A stretch of DNA of 32,562 bases from PVC group bacterium (GTDB taxonomy: Bacteria > Auribacterota > Erginobacteria > Erginobacterales > Erginobacteraceae), in assembly GCA_043804695.1 (NCBI GenBank), contig JAZDIV010000152.1, forward strand, positions 1 through 32,562, read 5' to 3'. The notes beneath the pieces were generated by a model that had not been told where the DNA came from, searched no databases, and was given only the letters and a program-made list of their open reading frames with translations. Shown here piece after piece: positions 8,975 through 16,831 of this stretch; the first letter of the stretch is position 1; each line of letters opens with the position of its first letter. The position numbers and the translations under genes were made by a program.

Positions 8975-11900
8975 TCAAGTGGCATTTGCGGCTTTGGCCT
9001 CCTCCCGGATCTTCTCGTAGACCTCCTTGAGGAGGTGTTGGCTGACGGCCGCGCGGAACTGGTCCTCGTTCATGAACTTGGCCGTGATCTCCTCGTTCTG
9101 ATCCATTCGATCGATAAAGAGCCCCTCCAGGGCCTTGCGGAAGACATAGCCGAAGTTTTCCATCGTATTGGCGAGCGCGGCTTGACGAAGACTGCTGTCG
9201 GCTACGGCATCCTCTCGTATCGACTCGAAAAAGAGCTGATCGCCAGGCTTGAACTCCGTCCCAAATCGCTCGTTGAGAATGTCGATCAGTTTGGACAGCT
9301 CGATCTCATCACCTCGGGTGACACCGGTTCCCACTGACGTGGGCCCCGACACCTCATAGCGCGCGCCCGGTTCCATGACGATGGAACCCTCGCCGATCTT
9401 CTGCAATCGGTAAAACTTGAGCGCCACGTCATCGTCAAAGTTATAGATCGGACCCCGGTCGCCCCGGGGAAGTTTGGTAAGCAGAAACCGGATGTATGAG
9501 TACAGCTTCTCCAGGTCGGAGTCCTGGAAGGGAATCACCTGCGACATGAACGAATAGAGGTTTCTGAAAGCGACCAGTGTCTTGCGGAACTTCTCGCGGA
9601 CTTCTTCATCAAGATCATTGTATCTGCTTACCGCCGGATCGATGCAGGCGTTCATCCGGGCGTGGTCAGCGGGTGTTTGATTCCGTTTTGGTCTATAGAA
9701 GACCTTGCAGAATTCCTCGACCTCGGTCTGGTAGTAGACCTGATATCCGTCCAATTTGGCTTGAAGTTCATAAAGCTGTTTCGGCTCTGCCCGCTCGCCG
9801 ATGATCGTCTGCTCGTAGTAGGGCTGGAAGGCCTCTAATATCTCTTCGGGTTCATTGACGAAGTCGAGAACAAAGGTGTCTTCCTTGCCCTGATGGGTGC
9901 GGTTGAGCCTGGAGAGGGTTTGAACCGCCTGAAGTCCCGCCAGCCGCTTGTCCACGTACATGGTATGCAAAAGCGGCTGATCAAATCCGGTCTGGTATTT
10001 CTCCGCCACAAGAAGCACCTGGTACTCTTCCGTTCCATAGCGTTCGGGAAGCTCCTTCTCGCGGATGCCGTGGTTCATGCCGACTTCCGTGTATTCCACG
10101 CCGGGTGCGTCCGGATCGATCACCGTGCCGGAAAAAGCGACCAGCGTCTTGATCCCCGTGTACCCTTTCTTGGCGATGTACTTATCGAAAGACTGCTTGT
10201 ATCTGACCGCGTGGAGACGGCTGGAGGTGACCACCATCGCCTTGGCCTTTCCGCCGATCTTGTGCATGGTGAAGTGGCGGAAATGCTCGACCATGACCTC
10301 GGTCTTCTGGGCGATGTTGTGCGGGTGGAGACTCATGAAGCGGGCGAGCGCGCGGGCGGCTTTGCGCTTGTCCACCCGGGGATCGTCTTCGATGGACTTG
10401 ATCAGCCGATAGTAGGTCTTGTACGTGGTGTAATTTTGGAGAACGTCGAGGATGAAGCCCTCGTCAATGGCCTGCCGCATGGTGTAGAGATGGAAAGGCT
10501 GGGGCTTGCCGTCCCTGTCTGCCGTGCCGGCACAGGCAGGCGCTCCCGGAGTGCCGAAAACCTCCAGTGTCTTGTATTTGGGTGTCGCGGTGAAGGCGAA
10601 GAAACTGATGTTGGGCTGATGGCCGCGCTTGGCCATGGCCTTGAGGATTTCCTCTTCGTAGTCGGGCAGTCCTTCTTCCTCGGCTTTCGCCCGGGCCTCT
10701 TCCTTGATGGCGGCGCCGGCGAGCACGCCCTTCAGTTCGGTGGCCGTTTCGCCGCCCTGGGAACTGTGAGCCTCGTCAACCACCACCGCGTACCTGCGCA
10801 TGGGCAGATCGCTTATTTTCTCGGTAACGAAGGGGAACTTCTGGAGAGTCGTGATCACGATCGGCACGCCGGACCCGAGGGCTTCGGCCAACTGGGTCGA
10901 GTTGATATCGATTTTCCGGACCACGCCCTGCTTGTGCTCGAACTGGTAAATCGTGTTCTGGAGCTGCTGATCGAGTACCACCCGGTCCGTGACCACGATG
11001 ATCGAGTCGAAGATCTTCTCGTCATTGTCATTGTAAAGACTGGCGAGCCGATGGGCCAGCCAGGCGATGGAGTTGGACTTGCCGCTGCCGGCGGAATGTT
11101 GGACGAGGTAATTGGTTCCGGTTCCGCGTTCGCGAGCGTCGGCCACGAGTTTCCGCACGCAATCCAACTGGTGGTAGCGCGGAAAGATCATCGTCTCCCG
11201 CTTCACCTTCCTGCCGCCTGCCTGCGCCGTGCCTTGCGCGGCAGGCAGGCGGAACTGTTTCTCCTCGACTTGCAGATGGATGAACCTCGCCAGGATGTCG
11301 AGGAAGCTGTGCCGCTCCAGAACCTTTTCCCAAAGGTAAGCGGTCTTGTAGCCGTCGGGATTCTCCGGGTTGCCCGCCCCTGTCTGCGTGCCACGCACAG
11401 GCAGGCCGCCTCCGCGGCCCATGTTGAAGGGAAGAAAACAGGTGCCGCGGCCGGAAAGCCGTGTGGTCATATAGGCCTCGTCGGTGTCCACGGCGAAATG
11501 GATCAATGTACGCTTTTTGAACTGAAAGATCGGGTCCGCCGGGTCGCGGTCATTTTTGTATTGCGTGATCGCATGCCGCCAGGTCTGGGCGGTCATGGGG
11601 TTTTTGAGCTCCAGCGTGGATACGGGGATACCGTTCAGGGCCAGGGTCACATCGAGGGTATTGCCGCCTGCCTGTCGCGACGCGGCCGATAGTCGTCCCG
11701 CCGCGTATTCCCGCTTGAGCCATTGACGACCGAAACCGGTTTTCAGTTCGTCTTCCCGCTTGACGGCACTCTCGCGGGACTCGAATGCCTCCCAATGAAT
11801 GGGTTCCACAGGTAAGCGAGAAGCAGTCCATGTTACCTGCTTGGCGTGATGCTCACCAAGACGCCTTGGAAAGTTATCGGTTTGGCCAATGTAAAAGGAA

Positions 11901-12370
11901 TCATCTATACACTTCAAAACATAGATGCAGAACTCTCCTGCCTTTGGTCGCGGCGCAGGCAGGTGCTTGGCCGAGTAGCGGAGCTGGCGAATGATAGTGA
12001 GGCGATTGGCCGTGTAGAGCTTTTGGGTGTCCGGGTTCATTCCGCTCGCCGGTGCGAAGTAGGCCACGCGGAAGAGCTTGCCGAAGCATTTGAACCCATG
12101 CCGAAGGACGGTGAGGCATCCCTCGTGTTCGGAATTGAGCGCCCGGCAGAGGTCGTCCAGGAGTGTGGCCTCGGCCTTGTCCTTCTGGATGCCCGCAAGG
12201 TATTCCCATTCCCCGGGCTGGGTTGTCTGGATGAAAGAAATCACATCCCGCGGGAAGAGGCCGCGTTGCGGGTCGTAAGTGTCCCGGTCGCCCTTTTCGT
12301 AACCGCCTGCCGTGATCAGGTGGTGTTCGATGGCGGTCTCGAATGCGTGTTCGGTATGTTGGCCCGGCAT
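8975..12370 (-). CDS. hsdR: Type I restriction enzyme R subunit with in-frame insertions, including a GIY-YIG domain
   Basis: Nuclease motif LDVTLALNGIPVSTLELKN; Walker A QHSAGSGKS; VDEAHSSQ; FTATPK; QTGFDQP; QTLSRLNR. Start ATG 12370 (MPGQHTE) after GGAGG. Confidence 0.95.
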   Translation of the reverse strand: MPGQHTEHAFETAIEHHLITAGGYEKGDRDTYDPQRGLFPRDVISFIQTTQPGEWEYLAGIQKDKAEATLLDDLCRALNSEHEGCLTVLRHGFKCFGKLFRVAYFAPASGMNPDTQKLYTANRLTIIRQLRYSAKHLPAPRPKAGEFCIYVLKCIDDSFYIGQTDNFPRRLGEHHAKQVTWTASRLPVEPIHWEAFESRESAVKREDELKTGFGRQWLKREYAAGRLSAASRQAGGNTLDVTLALNGIPVSTLELKNPMTAQTWRHAITQYKNDRDPADPIFQFKKRTLIHFAVDTDEAYMTTRLSGRGTCFLPFNMGRGGGLPVRGTQTGAGNPENPDGYKTAYLWEKVLERHSFLDILARFIHLQVEEKQFRLPAAQGTAQAGGRKVKRETMIFPRYHQLDCVRKLVADARERGTGTNYLVQHSAGSGKSNSIAWLAHRLASLYNDNDEKIFDSIIVVTDRVVLDQQLQNTIYQFEHKQGVVRKIDINSTQLAEALGSGVPIVITTLQKFPFVTEKISDLPMRRYAVVVDEAHSSQGGETATELKGVLAGAAIKEEARAKAEEEGLPDYEEEILKAMAKRGHQPNISFFAFTATPKYKTLEVFGTPGAPACAGTADRDGKPQPFHLYTMRQAIDEGFILDVLQNYTTYKTYYRLIKSIEDDPRVDKRKAARALARFMSLHPHNIAQKTEVMVEHFRHFTMHKIGGKAKAMVVTSSRLHAVRYKQSFDKYIAKKGYTGIKTLVAFSGTVIDPDAPGVEYTEVGMNHGIREKELPERYGTEEYQVLLVAEKYQTGFDQPLLHTMYVDKRLAGLQAVQTLSRLNRTHQGKEDTFVLDFVNEPEEILEAFQPYYEQTIIGERAEPKQLYELQAKLDGYQVYYQTEVEEFCKVFYRPKRNQTPADHARMNACIDPAVSRYNDLDEEVREKFRKTLVAFRNLYSFMSQVIPFQDSDLEKLYSYIRFLLTKLPRGDRGPIYNFDDDVALKFYRLQKIGEGSIVMEPGARYEVSGPTSVGTGVTRGDEIELSKLIDILNERFGTEFKPGDQLFFESIREDAVADSSLRQAALANTMENFGYVFRKALEGLFIDRMDQNEEITAKFMNEDQFRAAVSQHLLKEVYEKIREEAKAANAT
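10514..10540. repeat. 27-bp in-frame palindromic element in hsdR (PACAGTADR)
   Basis: cctgtctg-ccgtgccggca-caggcagg. Confidence 0.9.
11217..11249. repeat. 33-bp in-frame palindromic element in hsdR (LPAAQGTAQAG)
   Basis: cctgcctg-cgccgtgccttgcgcgg-caggcagg. Confidence 0.9.
11379..11405. repeat. 27-bp in-frame palindromic element in hsdR (LPVRGTQTG)
   Basis: cctgtctg-cgtgccacgca-caggcagg. Confidence 0.9.
11667..11963 (-). mobile_element. 297-bp in-frame insertion in hsdR: GIY-YIG nuclease domain bracketed by two 27-bp palindromic elements
   Basis: Flanking units 11667-11693 (cctgcctg-N11-ccgatagt) and 11937-11963 (cctgcctt-N11-caggcagg). Core CIYVLKCIDDSFYIGQTDNFPRRLGEH...AVKREDELKTGFGRQWLK. 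Confidence 0.88.
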
Positions 12371-12461
12371 CAGGCATCCTCCGTTACAAGTCGTGTCGCC
12401 AGTTTGTCGCGAACTATGTCGCAATCCGTCGCGATTCTCTGTCGCGATATGTCGCGATAGT

Positions 12462-13556
12462 TCATAAGCCTTTACCTTTCAGTATATAAAGCGATTGCCT
12501 TGCCGCTCCCTTCCGCCCGACGAGACCCAGGTTTTCCATCTGCTGCAAATCCCGCTGGAGGGTTCGCCTGTTCATGCCAGGGCACAGGACCTCCATGTCC
12601 CGGATATGCATTTCGGCGTGGTCGAGAAGGAAACGCAGGGCCTTTGTCTGCCGCTCGTTCAACTTGTGTTGCCTGGCGATCAAGTCGGCCTTCATCGCCT
12701 TCTTGACGCATTCGGACACCTCGCCGAGCTGCGTGGCCAACCCATCGACGAAGTATTCGAGCCAGCCGGTCATGTCCATGCCGCGATCGCGCACGCCCTG
12801 GATCGCCGCATAGAACGCCGACCGGTCGCGGTCGTAATATTCGCTGATCGTGAACAGCCGCTTGAAATCGTACCCCGCCCGATACAGGCACAGCATCGAC
12901 AGCAGACGCGACGTCCGCCCGTTGCCGTCCAGGAACGGGTGGATGTGGACAAGCTGGAACTGTGCCACGCCGCTGACCAGGACCGGATGCACCCCTGCCT
13001 GCGCCGCGTCCCGCGCCGCGGCAGGCAGGTGGCCCGACCCGTTGAGCCAGGCCACCAGCTCCTTCATCAGCACCGGCACGTCATGGGCGGGCGGCGGGGT
13101 GTAGACCGTCTGGCCCGTGGCTGAGTTGACCACGTAGTTCTGCACCGTGCGGTATTGACCCGGGGCGCCCTTGCCGCCGCGCGCTCCCTCGACCAGCCGC
13201 TTGTGAATCTCGCGGACCAGTCCCTCGGTGATGGGTGCGCCGCTGTCGAGGTATTCAGAGACGAACTTGAACGCCCGGCGATAGTTCAGCAGCTCCCGCG
13301 CATCATCCGGGTCGGCCTCGGGCACCGGCTCGCCGGCCAGCAACCGCTCGGCCTGGTCCAGCGTCAGGTGCGTGCCCTCGATGTGCGTCGTGTGGTGGGC
13401 TTCGAGCACCAGCGCCCGCTCGCCCATCGCCCGCACCCAGTCTTCCGACAGCTTTGCCGCCTCCAGAAACCCCCGGGCGCGTTCGATCCGCGTCAACGCC
13501 GCCGTGATAACGTTGGTGATGGTGAACTTGGGCTGCAAGCCGCGCTTGGCCATCAT
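12462..13556 (-). CDS. Fic-family protein with C-terminal wHTH
   Basis: [12 protein letters not shown]ic motif; TTHIEG; C-terminal [15 protein letters not shown]. Confidence 0.93.
   Translation of the reverse strand: MMAKRGLQPKFTITNVITAALTRIERARGFLEAAKLSEDWVRAMGERALVLEAHHTTHIEGTHLTLDQAERLLAGEPVPEADPDDARELLNYRRAFKFVSEYLDSGAPITEGLVREIHKRLVEGARGGKGAPGQYRTVQNYVVNSATGQTVYTPPPAHDVPVLMKELVAWLNGSGHLPAAARDAAQAGVHPVLVSGVAQFQLVHIHPFLDGNGRTSRLLSMLCLYRAGYDFKRLFTISEYYDRDRSAFYAAIQGVRDRGMDMTGWLEYFVDGLATQLGEVSECVKKAMKADLIARQHKLNERQTKALRFLLDHAEMHIRDMEVLCPGMNRRTLQRDLQQMENLGLVGRKGAARQSLYILKGKGL
12994..13029. repeat. 36-bp in-frame palindromic element in fic ([12 protein letters not shown])
   Basis: cctgcctg-cgccgcgtcccgcgccgcgg-caggcagg. 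Confidence 0.9.
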
Positions 13557-14884
13557 GCCACCTCCCCGCGAACATCGATCTTGCCCGTCACCGCCGCAGA
13601 GATGAGGGCGGTGCGATATTCTCGCAGCGTTTCGATGGAATGATTGATCATCTCATCCAAGGCATCGATCCGCGCCGTCTCGCGGTCGAGGAATGCGGCG
13701 ATGGCTCGCTGCTCTTCTATGGAAGGCAGCGCAATGGGGATGTTCTCGATAACGTTCATGCCAATGTTCTGCTGGGTTCCGAAACTCCATCCGAGTTCAA
13801 TGGACTGGAAAAAATTCTTCGATTTCATGAAGAAAAATACAAACGGTGTAATGGCCTTCTTGGGGTCTGGTCTGATTGCAGCGAGCGGCGACCAGATGTT
13901 GAACTCATCATCGGTATCTACAAACGCCACGTTACCAGTGGTAGCTCCGGATTTGATCAAGTAGATGTCACCTTTAAGAGGCTTGTATTTCTTTGAGAAC
14001 CGAGCGTGATCTTCTGGCGAAATAAACCCTCGCATCTTTGCAAAATCAATCCTGTCATTCTTGATCGCTTCCGCAGAAATAAACGGGATACCCTCATCCA
14101 GTAGCTCGGGCGTTTCATGCGGGCCATCAGTTACTGGAACGATTGTAATCCTCTTTATGGCAATGACCTCCCAATGCTTCGGCACATCCCCCAGCCATTC
14201 GATGCCGGAGTCTTTCATCTTGGCATTGGGGTCGAGGCCTTTGGTGACGGCGTGGCTGATGAGAGCGGATCGCTTCTCCTGGAGGAGTTCTATCTGCCGC
14301 TGTTTCTTTTCGATCAGCCCATCAATCCGCGCCGTCTCGCGGTCCAGAAACGCTGCTATGGCACGTTGCTCATCGAGTGGAGGTGAAACCAAGTAGGTTG
14401 AGGTCAAGCAATCTCGGCTTAGTTCTGTGAATGTTGAGCCTTGCCCCAAAGATTGAAGTTTGGGACGTGCAGCGAAAAGCTGGTAGAAGAAGAAACGCCT
14501 GTCATCATCACCACGAAACACAAGGCTGCGACACCCCTGGTTCGTACACAAGCGGACACCCGCAATTACTAAATGCCCAATCGGTGCACGTGTAGACAGA
14601 ACAAGACTGCCCTCAGCAGCAAGAGTCACTCCACAACTTGCATAACCTTCCTGGGTAATCATCCGGCTCGTGACATCTAATGTTGATCCACGCAGATTGC
14701 CAAGATCATCTGGCGTTGCCCACGGAATGTCGCCATCCCAATATTCCGGATTACCACTTTTAGGCGTCGCGCCGTTGAGGGTTGTGAATGTTCGCTTCAG
14801 TGCCTTGATCTCCCACTGCTCGGGCACATCCCCCAGCCATTCCACGCACGATGGCCTATAATGCGGATATGCGCGGCGGCTCAT
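13553..14884 (-). CDS. hsdS: Type I restriction-modification specificity subunit
   Basis: Two TRDs; repeated conserved segments EWLGDVPxxW and [20 protein letters not shown]-terminal [14 protein letters not shown]. Confidence 0.95.
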   Translation of the reverse strand: MSRRAYPHYRPSCVEWLGDVPEQWEIKALKRTFTTLNGATPKSGNPEYWDGDIPWATPDDLGNLRGSTLDVTSRMITQEGYASCGVTLAAEGSLVLSTRAPIGHLVIAGVRLCTNQGCRSLVFRGDDDRRFFFYQLFAARPKLQSLGQGSTFTELSRDCLTSTYLVSPPLDEQRAIAAFLDRETARIDGLIEKKQRQIELLQEKRSALISHAVTKGLDPNAKMKDSGIEWLGDVPKHWEVIAIKRITIVPVTDGPHETPELLDEGIPFISAEAIKNDRIDFAKMRGFISPEDHARFSKKYKPLKGDIYLIKSGATTGNVAFVDTDDEFNIWSPLAAIRPDPKKAITPFVFFFMKSKNFFQSIELGWSFGTQQNIGMNVIENIPIALPSIEEQRAIAAFLDRETARIDALDEMINHSIETLREYRTALISAAVTGKIDVRGEVA

Positions 14885-16065
14885 GACTTGCCCCCTTTGG
14901 CAGGCCCTTTTTTCCTGCTCCTCGGTTTGGCGAGCTTCTTCCGGGCGTCCTCCGGGCGAACCGTCAAGTTTTTCTTGACGGTTGCCTTTGTGGTTGCCTC
15001 GCCTGCGTCATCGCCCCGATTCTCGATAGCCAATCGGGAACGCTCAATGGCCTCATGCAGTTTGCGTTTCAGAACATCCTTAGGAGGTAATACAGTCAAG
15101 TACTCGGCGACGTGGATGCCGGAACGGCCCAGTTCGAGCAGTTCAATCTGTTCGGCATTCTTGCCCGCGCAGAGGATAATGCCCAAGGGTGAATCTTCGC
15201 CCGGCTTGCGCTCGTGTCTGTCGAGCCAGCGCAGGTAAAGCTCCATCTGTCCCTTGTGATCGGGCCGGAACTTGTCGAGTTTGAGTTCCACAACCACCAG
15301 ACGCCTCAGATCGCGATGGAAAAAGAGCAGGTCCAGGTAAAAATCGTCATGATCCACGGTGATGCGTTTTTGCCGGGCGACAAAGGTGAATCCGATGCCC
15401 AACTCCATGATGAATGCTTCCAACTCGCGCAGGATGGCCGCTTCCAGATCTTTTTCCTGAAATGCTCCTTTGAGTCCGAGAAAGTCGAGCAAATAGGGAT
15501 CGCGGAACACCAGATCGGGAGTCATCCGATCTTCTTTCCGCAAGGCTTGCAGTTCCAGTTTCGCCAACTCGGCCGGTTTCTTGGAAAGGGCGGTGCGCTC
15601 GTACAGCATGGAACCGATCTTCTGCCGTAAGGTGCGGACGCTCCATCGTTCGACTCGACACATTTCTGCGTAGAAGTCGCGCTGTAAGGGGTCCTTGAGG
15701 GGGATCAGAGCGATGAAATGGGTCCAGCTCAATTCTCGTATCAGCGATACGACAATTCGCTCGTCGGGGAATACCTCGGCGAATTGAACCATGCGGCGGA
15801 GGTTTTTCTCTGCAAAGCTGCCACCATATTCGTGCGTCAATTCTTGTGACAGTGTGGCAAGAATCTGTTTCCCGTAATCGCCGCGCTTCCCCTTCAATAC
15901 GTCCTGATTGATCCTGCTGCCGATCCGCCAATGCAGCATGGTCAACCCGGCATTCACCGTGGCAGCCACGGCAGCCCGGGTTTCCTCGATCATTTGCCGG
16001 ATGTCGCCAAGCAATTGATTGGGGATTGCGGCCAAATCGGAAGGCTTTACCGGCTGTTCGTTCAT
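14881..16065 (-). CDS. YhcG/DUF1016 PD-(D/E)XK nuclease-domain protein
   Basis: Motifs LSWTHF, RDPYLLDFLGL, GFTFVARQKR, DLLFFHRDLRRLVVVELK, GQMELYL; start ATG 16065 (ATGA overlap). Confidence 0.92.
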   Translation of the reverse strand: MNEQPVKPSDLAAIPNQLLGDIRQMIEETRAAVAATVNAGLTMLHWRIGSRINQDVLKGKRGDYGKQILATLSQELTHEYGGSFAEKNLRRMVQFAEVFPDERIVVSLIRELSWTHFIALIPLKDPLQRDFYAEMCRVERWSVRTLRQKIGSMLYERTALSKKPAELAKLELQALRKEDRMTPDLVFRDPYLLDFLGLKGAFQEKDLEAAILRELEAFIMELGIGFTFVARQKRITVDHDDFYLDLLFFHRDLRRLVVVELKLDKFRPDHKGQMELYLRWLDRHERKPGEDSPLGIILCAGKNAEQIELLELGRSGIHVAEYLTVLPPKDVLKRKLHEAIERSRLAIENRGDDAGEATTKATVKKNLTVRPEDARKKLAKPRSRKKGPAKGGKS

Positions 16066-16274
16066 TCCGTGACCCCTGCTTGCCGCGCTTTGCTCGGCGC
16101 AGGCAAGTCCGCGAGCATGTCGGCGAGTTCCTGCTCGGTCTTCTTTAGATCGGTGCTGTATCTCAGGCGGCGAACCTCCCAATGAGTTGGTATATCACCC
16201 AGCCACTCGACTCCCGACGGCTTGTACGCCGGGTAGGTTGCTCGTTTGCTTGCTTTTGCGGCGGGGCGGCTCAC
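16062..16274 (-). pseudogene. Chimeric remnant: hsdS N-terminus fused to a duplicate of the hsdM C-terminus
   Basis: YPAYKPSGVEWLGDIPTHWEV (HsdS start) joined to TDLKKTEQELADMLADLPAPSKARQAGVTE (HsdM end); 16062-16154 matches 16828-16920. Confidence 0.85.
16075..16107. repeat. 33-bp palindromic element (duplicate of 16841-16873)
   Basis: cctgcttg-ccgcgctttgctcggcg-caggcaag. Confidence 0.85.
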
Positions 16275-16831
16275 GATTTGCCCCCTTTGCCGGACCTCTT
16301 TTCCCCGCCATTATTTCGGCTTTTGGGCGACTTCTTTTTCTTCGTCGGCTGTTTCTTGCCTGCCTGTGCGGCGCACGCAGACAGGCGCCGCGTCTCCAGC
16401 ATCTTTGCCGAAGTCCGCAGGTCTTCTATGTACCGCGCCTCGGCCTGGGCTTCCGCTTTCAGCCGCCGCCGTTCCGCGAAGGCGTCGTATTGTTCCTGCG
16501 CCCATTCGCAAGCATCGTCGCGTCTGACCGTGCCGGGGCCGGAAAGCACCGGCAATTCGGTGTCGCGCAGCCGCTGTACCGTGCGTGTCCCCTCCGGTCG
16601 AACTGACAAGAATTCCTTGTGAGTTGCCTCGGGAAGAAGTTCTTTTTCTTCGTATATGTTTTGGATGTGAAGACTTATGTTCTGCTGGGTCGTCTGGTAG
16701 AGCCCGGCCATGAGATTCTGCGTCAGCCAGACGGACTCATCCTGAAGCCGAACCTCAAGCCGGGTCTCGCCGGAATCGGATTGATAAATCAATATCCTGG
16801 TATCATCCGGTGCGGGTAAGTTCTTGCTCAT
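16271..16831 (-). pseudogene. RhuM-family protein with internal in-frame deletion
   Basis: RhuM N-terminus (ILIYQSDSGETRLEVRLQDESVWLTQ...NISLHIQNIYEEKEL) jumps at EGTRTVQR to a C-terminal-like segment; only 186 aa. Confidence 0.75.
16359..16385. repeat. 27-bp in-frame palindromic element in rhuM (LSACAAQAG)
   Basis: cctgcctg-tgcggcgcacg-cagacagg. Confidence 0.9.

Noticed and set aside
11374..11410. Apparent 5-bp TSD (CCGCC) around the element at 11379
   Set aside because: Explained by Gly/Ala codons of the native GGGAG sequence; the other copies show no TSD.
11667..11963. Intein or self-splicing intron interpretation of the hsdR insertion
   Set aside because: No Cys/Ser start or His-Asn end and no HINT domain; too short for a group I/II intron scaffold around the ORF.
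12371..12424. Upstream extensions in the ORF track for hsdR (also OMF 4835, yhcG 16182, DHS 23355, serpin 30092)
   Set aside because: Better RBS, stop/start overlaps or family N-termini support the downstream starts used here.
13553..14884. Invertible hsdS shufflon
   Set aside because: No inverted hsdS copies or recombinase gene; the only extra hsdS piece is a short direct-orientation fragment.
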